DNA of 64,000 nucleotides from an uncultured Candidatus Binatia bacterium (GTDB lineage Bacteria; Desulfobacterota; Binatia; Bin18): NCBI GenBank assembly GCA_965214605.1, contig OZ243961.1, positions 1,664,001 to 1,728,000 of the forward strand, read 5' to 3'. Shown piece by piece: positions 59,523 to 64,000 of this stretch (position 1 is its first letter; each line of letters starts with the position of its first letter). The notes under the pieces were generated by a model. It saw only the letters and a program-made list of their open reading frames with translations, ran no database searches and was not told where the DNA came from. The position numbers and the translations under genes were made by a program.

Positions 59523-60392
59523 ATGACAGACACGATTGGTCTTCTCCATCCTGGAGAGATGGGAGCAACGGTTGGAGCGGCCGCCCAACTGAACGGCGGG
59601 CGGGTGGTATGGGGCTCAGACGGGCGTGGTCCCCAGACCCGAAGCCGGGCCGAGGAAGCACGGCTAACCGATGTGGGCTCCTTGCCCGCGCTAGTGGCAC
59701 ACAGCCATATTATTTTCAGCGTATGTCCACCTCACGCTGCAACCGAGCTAGCCCACGCCGTCGCCGGCCAGCACTTCTCGGGCGTTTATGTTGACGCCAA
59801 TGCCGTCTCTCCCACGACCAGCCGAGACGTCCGCCGGATTGTCGAAGCGGAAGGGGCGAGCTTTGTCGACGGCGGTATCATCGGCCCGCCGGCTCTGAAA
59901 CCGGGCACGACTCGTCTGTATCTGTCCGGCGCCGAGTCCACACGGGTAGCGGCCTGTTTTCGTCATGGCCCGCTTGACGCGTATGTCCTTGACGCTCCGC
60001 CAGGGGCGGCCTCGGCACTCAAAATGACGTATGCGGCCTATACCAAGGGCACGGCCGCCCTGTTGATTGCGATTCGGACCTTGGCCATGCATGAGGGCGT
60101 TGACGCGGCGTTGATCCGTGAGTGGGAACTGTCACAGACCGAGTTGCCGGGCCGTTCGGCCGGCGCAGTGCGGGCCAACGCCAGGAAAGCCTGGCGTTTC
60201 AGTGGCGAGATGGAAGAGATTGCCGACACCTTTGCGGCTGCGGACCTGCCGGACGGTTTCCACCGTGCCGCAGCCGAAGTCTACCGTCGCATGTCCGAGT
60301 ATAAAGATGCGCCTTCCCCACCTTCGGTTGAAGAGGCCGCAGCCAAGGTATTGAGACGGGGACGGCCTCCGTGGAATAAAAACTCCACCTGA
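59523..60392 (+). CDS. NAD(P)-dependent oxidoreductase (beta-hydroxyacid dehydrogenase-like, DUF1932)
   Basis: HPGEMG, YVDANAVSP, VDGGIIG, ASALKM, KAWRF.GEMEEI. Confidence 0.85.
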   Translation: MTDTIGLLHPGEMGATVGAAAQLNGGRVVWGSDGRGPQTRSRAEEARLTDVGSLPALVAHSHIIFSVCPPHAATELAHAVAGQHFSGVYVDANAVSPTTSRDVRRIVEAEGASFVDGGIIGPPALKPGTTRLYLSGAESTRVAACFRHGPLDAYVLDAPPGAASALKMTYAAYTKGTAALLIAIRTLAMHEGVDAALIREWELSQTELPGRSAGAVRANARKAWRFSGEMEEIADTFAAADLPDGFHRAAAEVYRRMSEYKDAPSPPSVEEAAAKVLRRGRPPWNKNST

Positions 60393-61465
60393 GTGACGGA
60401 TCATCGGTCGTCATCCGCCTCTGTCAGTCCGACGATGCGCCGCTCCTGCATAATATCGGACGCGAATCCATCAACGAGATTAGGCCGTGCTGTTATCGCT
60501 TCTTCCAGCGGACGACCCACGAACGAATATCGTTGTCGGGATGCAGACACACTTCTCTTCGGGTGGTGGTTTTGGAAAGCGCCTCTTGGCAATACGCATC
60601 AAAACGGACGGACAGTCGCGAGGGCAAAATTTCAACTCAGGGGACGGATGTTTTTGGGACACGCCGAACGATACCTCCCTTTGGGCGACCAAACTTTCAT
60701 TTTCACCGCCAGCGTTCCGAAGCCAACCGGATAGCACTCTTCTCTCGTCTTCCAATCTCTACCGCGCCCTAAACGGCCTCTCTCAGAATACTCCTATTCG
60801 GTTCGAAGTGCGTGTTCCGAAGGCGTTCCTCCTTCTCAGTGTAAAGAAGCGTTCCAATGGGAAGAATTGCGCAATTATCTGCACGCCTGGGCTTGAAGCT
60901 GCTCCTCTGCGTCGATGTTGCTCAGTTTCGCTCCAAGGGGAGGCCTGACTCACTCTGGTCTCTTCATGACATTCTCGCTCCCTCGCATGGATTCGCGTGC
61001 TATACGCATCCTGATCGGCTTGAGTCAGCACTAGTTCAAGTCGTCCGGCGCCCAGGAGTGTCGATTTATCGGCAGGTCACCGGCAATGCTCGCCGGTGCG
61101 TCCTTTTCTGCGATGTGAGATGCCGTGTCGGGTATGGCGGCCAGTGGGCTTGAACGCGTCGTCAAACGCCGTTGGCCATCATTCAGCAGATACCCGCCAG
61201 CCTGGCAGCGCCTGAATCCCTGCAGTCACCATGGCTCCCATGAAATAAGAAGTTGGCTCCTCTTCCTCACTAGTGAGCCATCAGGTCATTCCAAAGGGGG
61301 GCCAGTGCTTCATTTCCCATGAGTAGGGAGCGGCATTCCCGCCTGCTTCGACCCATCAAAATGCCGGCTCATGAGAACGGAGGCAGCTTCCATTCCGTAT
61401 GGTCCTTCCTGTTTGTTCATCGCTGACGTTGATGGGAAGGCGTTGAGACAGGAGAGGACTTCGAA

Positions 61466-61503
61466 GCCGTAGGGCGGCTTCTCCCCCCACTTCGCCCTAC
61501 GGC
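61466..61503. repeat. 11-bp perfect inverted repeat (REP-like or terminator-like hairpin)
   Basis: gccgtagggcg..cgccctacggc just past the stop of 61514-62572; GTAG-led arms. Confidence 0.55.
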
Positions 61504-61513
61504 CAGCTCGCGC

Positions 61514-62572
61514 TTATCCACACGCCAAGGCATATACATTCTTTACACCGGCCGGGAGCCGATACTCGGTCCAGGTCGCGCCGCCGTCCTGGGTGCCAAA
61601 GACCTGCCCCGTGCTGTTCACCCCATACACACAGCCCGCGTCCCGACGACTCGGCGCAACCGCCATCATCGTCCGCTGTGGCGTAACATCGTGGTCAAAG
61701 CGCTGCCAGGTCCGCCCCAGATCTTGACTGCGATAGATGGCGCCGGCTTTGCTCAGAGCGGCCGGACTGAGCGCAGCGTACAGCGTGTTGGGATCGTGCG
61801 GTGCGACCTGAATATCACGGGCGTAGGAGAAGGGTGAGGCCCGCCAAATTTCCATCTCCTGCCAGCTGTCACCCCGGTCGGGGCTACAAAACATCCCCAT
61901 CCGGGTGGCCAGAAAAACCATGCCGGGGCGGGCTGGGCTGACCTCTAGGGCGTGAGTATCCATCATCCCCTCAGTGTCGGTGTCACTGCCGATCCGGCTC
62001 TTGAGGTGGTCGCGTTCGACCAATTCCAACAGCGCCGGCGTACAGTCATGCCAGGTCTCCCCAGCGTCAGAGCTGCGCATCACCCCGCCGACTTCAAGCC
62101 CGGCATACACATCATCCGGGTTGCTGGGATCAATCGTCATCCGAATCACTCGCATGGGAAAACCCATCTGAACCCCGCCCTGCGGTTCAAGAACGGACAA
62201 GCGACGCCAACTCTCCCCGCCGTTCTCACTCCGGTAGACGATAGCCGGGGCGGTACCCAGATACATAATGTCCGGATTCTGGGGATGAAAAATAATCGTC
62301 CATACCACCGCGCCGGGGTCTGGAAAATCAAGCCGCTGCCAGTGCTCGCCGCCGTCAGTTGTCCGGTACGGTCCATCCTGGGTGCCAAGGTAGACGACCT
62401 GCGGATCCCGGGGATGAATGGCAATAGCCCGTACCTCAACCTTGTCCGGAAGGCCATTGCTGAGCGATTGCCAGTCTGTTTCGCCCACCGCCTGACGAAA
62501 CAGCCCACCGACCGCCCCAGTCTCTCCGGCTCCTGACCACTGAGCAGCTCCGGAATATACATACTGTGTCAT
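61514..62572 (-). CDS. BNR/Asp-box beta-propeller protein
   Basis: Repeated (S/T)xDxGxxW Asp-boxes. Confidence 0.85.
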   Translation of the reverse strand: MTQYVYSGAAQWSGAGETGAVGGLFRQAVGETDWQSLSNGLPDKVEVRAIAIHPRDPQVVYLGTQDGPYRTTDGGEHWQRLDFPDPGAVVWTIIFHPQNPDIMYLGTAPAIVYRSENGGESWRRLSVLEPQGGVQMGFPMRVIRMTIDPSNPDDVYAGLEVGGVMRSSDAGETWHDCTPALLELVERDHLKSRIGSDTDTEGMMDTHALEVSPARPGMVFLATRMGMFCSPDRGDSWQEMEIWRASPFSYARDIQVAPHDPNTLYAALSPAALSKAGAIYRSQDLGRTWQRFDHDVTPQRTMMAVAPSRRDAGCVYGVNSTGQVFGTQDGGATWTEYRLPAGVKNVYALACG

Positions 62573-62702
62573 ACACAACCCCCTCTCAATCGTTAGGCTG
62601 GCTCTGACCATACGCATTGCCGCCGGCACAATGCAAGCGATCCGTTCAGCGTTTTTTCTACCCTACTTGTTTTCGCTTTTTTTTCGCTTATAGATTAACA
62701 GT

Positions 62703-63113
62703 ATGAGGACAAACACCTCGCCCAAACGCAGGAAACGGTCGGCCGCAGCCCGGCCACGACCAGTTTTGCCTGATCCGCGGGCATTGCAGCGGGCGTATGA
62801 CGCCCACACACGCAGTCTCGGCCCGGACTTTGGTCTCATTGATGAATGGTTGATGGATCATCGACCCGAGCTGTGGCAACAGATTCACCGGGAAGATGAC
62901 AAATTATTTCGACTCCGGACCTTGGCGGTGAGTGAGCGTGAGTATAAGGCCGCCCTTGAGACCTTTATCTCTCTGTGCCAAGAGGCCGAGCGTCTGTACT
63001 ACGAGGCCAATCCCGATGAGCTGAGCCTGCCGCTACTAGGTGAGGGTGAAGCTGTGGCCGTTTACTTCAGGTTGGCCGATGGGTCTCTACAGAAAGCGAG
63101 CGGCACGGCCTAG
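62703..63113 (+). CDS. Hypothetical protein
   Basis: 136-aa ATG ORF with protein-like composition, convergent with the radical SAM gene. Confidence 0.6.
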   Translation: MRTNTSPKRRKRSAAARPRPVLPDPRALQRAYDAHTRSLGPDFGLIDEWLMDHRPELWQQIHREDDKLFRLRTLAVSEREYKAALETFISLCQEAERLYYEANPDELSLPLLGEGEAVAVYFRLADGSLQKASGTA

Positions 63114-63964
63114 GTCAGCGCTGTGACGCCCCGGTTGAACCCTGTCCGCGAATAGGCGACCCGTTCCTCTCCCATGCGCTTGATTAAGGCAGCCATCAGG
63201 TGTTGCGTGGTTTCTGGTCCAAACCAATCTGGATAGCCGTGCTGAGCCAGCCGGTTGGGCACGCCACGTCGGCGTGAGCGGGCGCCCTTGGCTCCATCAC
63301 CGTGGAAAAAATCGTCGACAATGACCCGCCGACACGAGTCCGCAATCAGCGCGGCAAACCGCTCAGGATTGTGGGGCAGGGCCGGAGAGACACTAATCTG
63401 GGTAAAAATACCCCGCTCCGTTGCGGCCTGGACAACGGCCAGACGGCGTTCAACAGTAGGGCAGCTAGGGGTCAGTTGACGCCGTACGCGATCATCGTCG
63501 GTCTCAATGGTGAGGTTCAATACCGCGCTTGGAATCGCCGCAATCACCTCAAAGTAGCGTTCCACCAAAGGAGAGCGCGTTTGGAGCACCAGAAGAGCGG
63601 GCGGGAAGCGGCTCAAGGCCTCAAGACACTGTCGCGACAGCCGATACCTCGGTTCAAGCCTCGGTTGAAAGGGATCGGTTGCGCCGGAGCAATAAATACG
63701 CAGCTGAGTTCCTCGACGGGTAAATCGGTCCAGCTCTTTCTCCAGGACGTGGGCAATATTGATCTTGGCGGTGACCCACTCGCCCCAGGCTTGCCCGTCG
63801 GCATAAAAGCGCTGAATCTGGCTCTCGGCAACGTAACAGTAGAAACACGAGTTCCCGTACGAGCACCCCCAGTATGGGGTCAGACTGTGGGTGAAACCGG
63901 ACAAAAAACCGCCAGTTTTGGTCAGGGCCGATTGAACGCGCGTGGAGCGCACGGTGAGGGGCAT
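63110..63964 (-). CDS. SPL-family radical SAM protein
   Basis: PYWGCSYGNSCFYCY, ATDPFQP, LQTRSPL, TIETD. Confidence 0.85.
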   Translation of the reverse strand: MPLTVRSTRVQSALTKTGGFLSGFTHSLTPYWGCSYGNSCFYCYVAESQIQRFYADGQAWGEWVTAKINIAHVLEKELDRFTRRGTQLRIYCSGATDPFQPRLEPRYRLSRQCLEALSRFPPALLVLQTRSPLVERYFEVIAAIPSAVLNLTIETDDDRVRRQLTPSCPTVERRLAVVQAATERGIFTQISVSPALPHNPERFAALIADSCRRVIVDDFFHGDGAKGARSRRRGVPNRLAQHGYPDWFGPETTQHLMAALIKRMGEERVAYSRTGFNRGVTALT

Positions 63965-64000
63965 ACAGTACCGTTCTGCACCGCCCGGTCGCCGGGTGTC

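Noticed and set aside
60400-61450. Possible decayed gene(s) in a 1-kb gap
   Set aside because: Only short stop-interrupted frames with no family I can recognise

Overview
GC-rich bacterial chromosomal window with three zones. (1) 1-12.4 kb and 45.5-64 kb are ordinary metabolic genes: CoA-transferase, thrC, amidohydrolase, RidA, MscS, NAD-linked formate dehydrogenase, tungstate ABC transporter, GMC oxidoreductase, three LLM oxidoreductases, haloalkane dehalogenase, acyl-CoA enzymes, MATE and a radical SAM protein. (2) 12.4-39 kb holds an apparently intact type III-B CRISPR-Cas locus on the minus strand: NE0113-type CARF, TIGR02221-type CARF-HEPN, cas10/cmr2, cmr3, cmr4, cmr5, a cmr6-cmr1 fusion, TIGR02710-type CARF-HEPN, cas1, cas2, leader and a 25-repeat array. 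cas6 lies about 10 kb beyond the array, separated by debris (prenyl-arabinose glycosylation genes, an orphan repeat, two dead cas10 copies, a TA pair, a T6SS remnant). (3) 39-45.1 kb is a shredded type III restriction-modification/TA block. Most notable: a CRISPR-like repeat-spacer-repeat-spacer-repeat built from hicA coding sequence that inactivates the toxin (candidate ectopic Cas1-Cas2 neo-array); a 37-bp/40-nt duplication at the cmr1 3' end; and the palindrome GGCAAGCTTGCC at identical spacing from a -10-like box in front of both the CARF-wHTH gene and the cmr operon. All calls are from motif recognition by eye; no searches were run.
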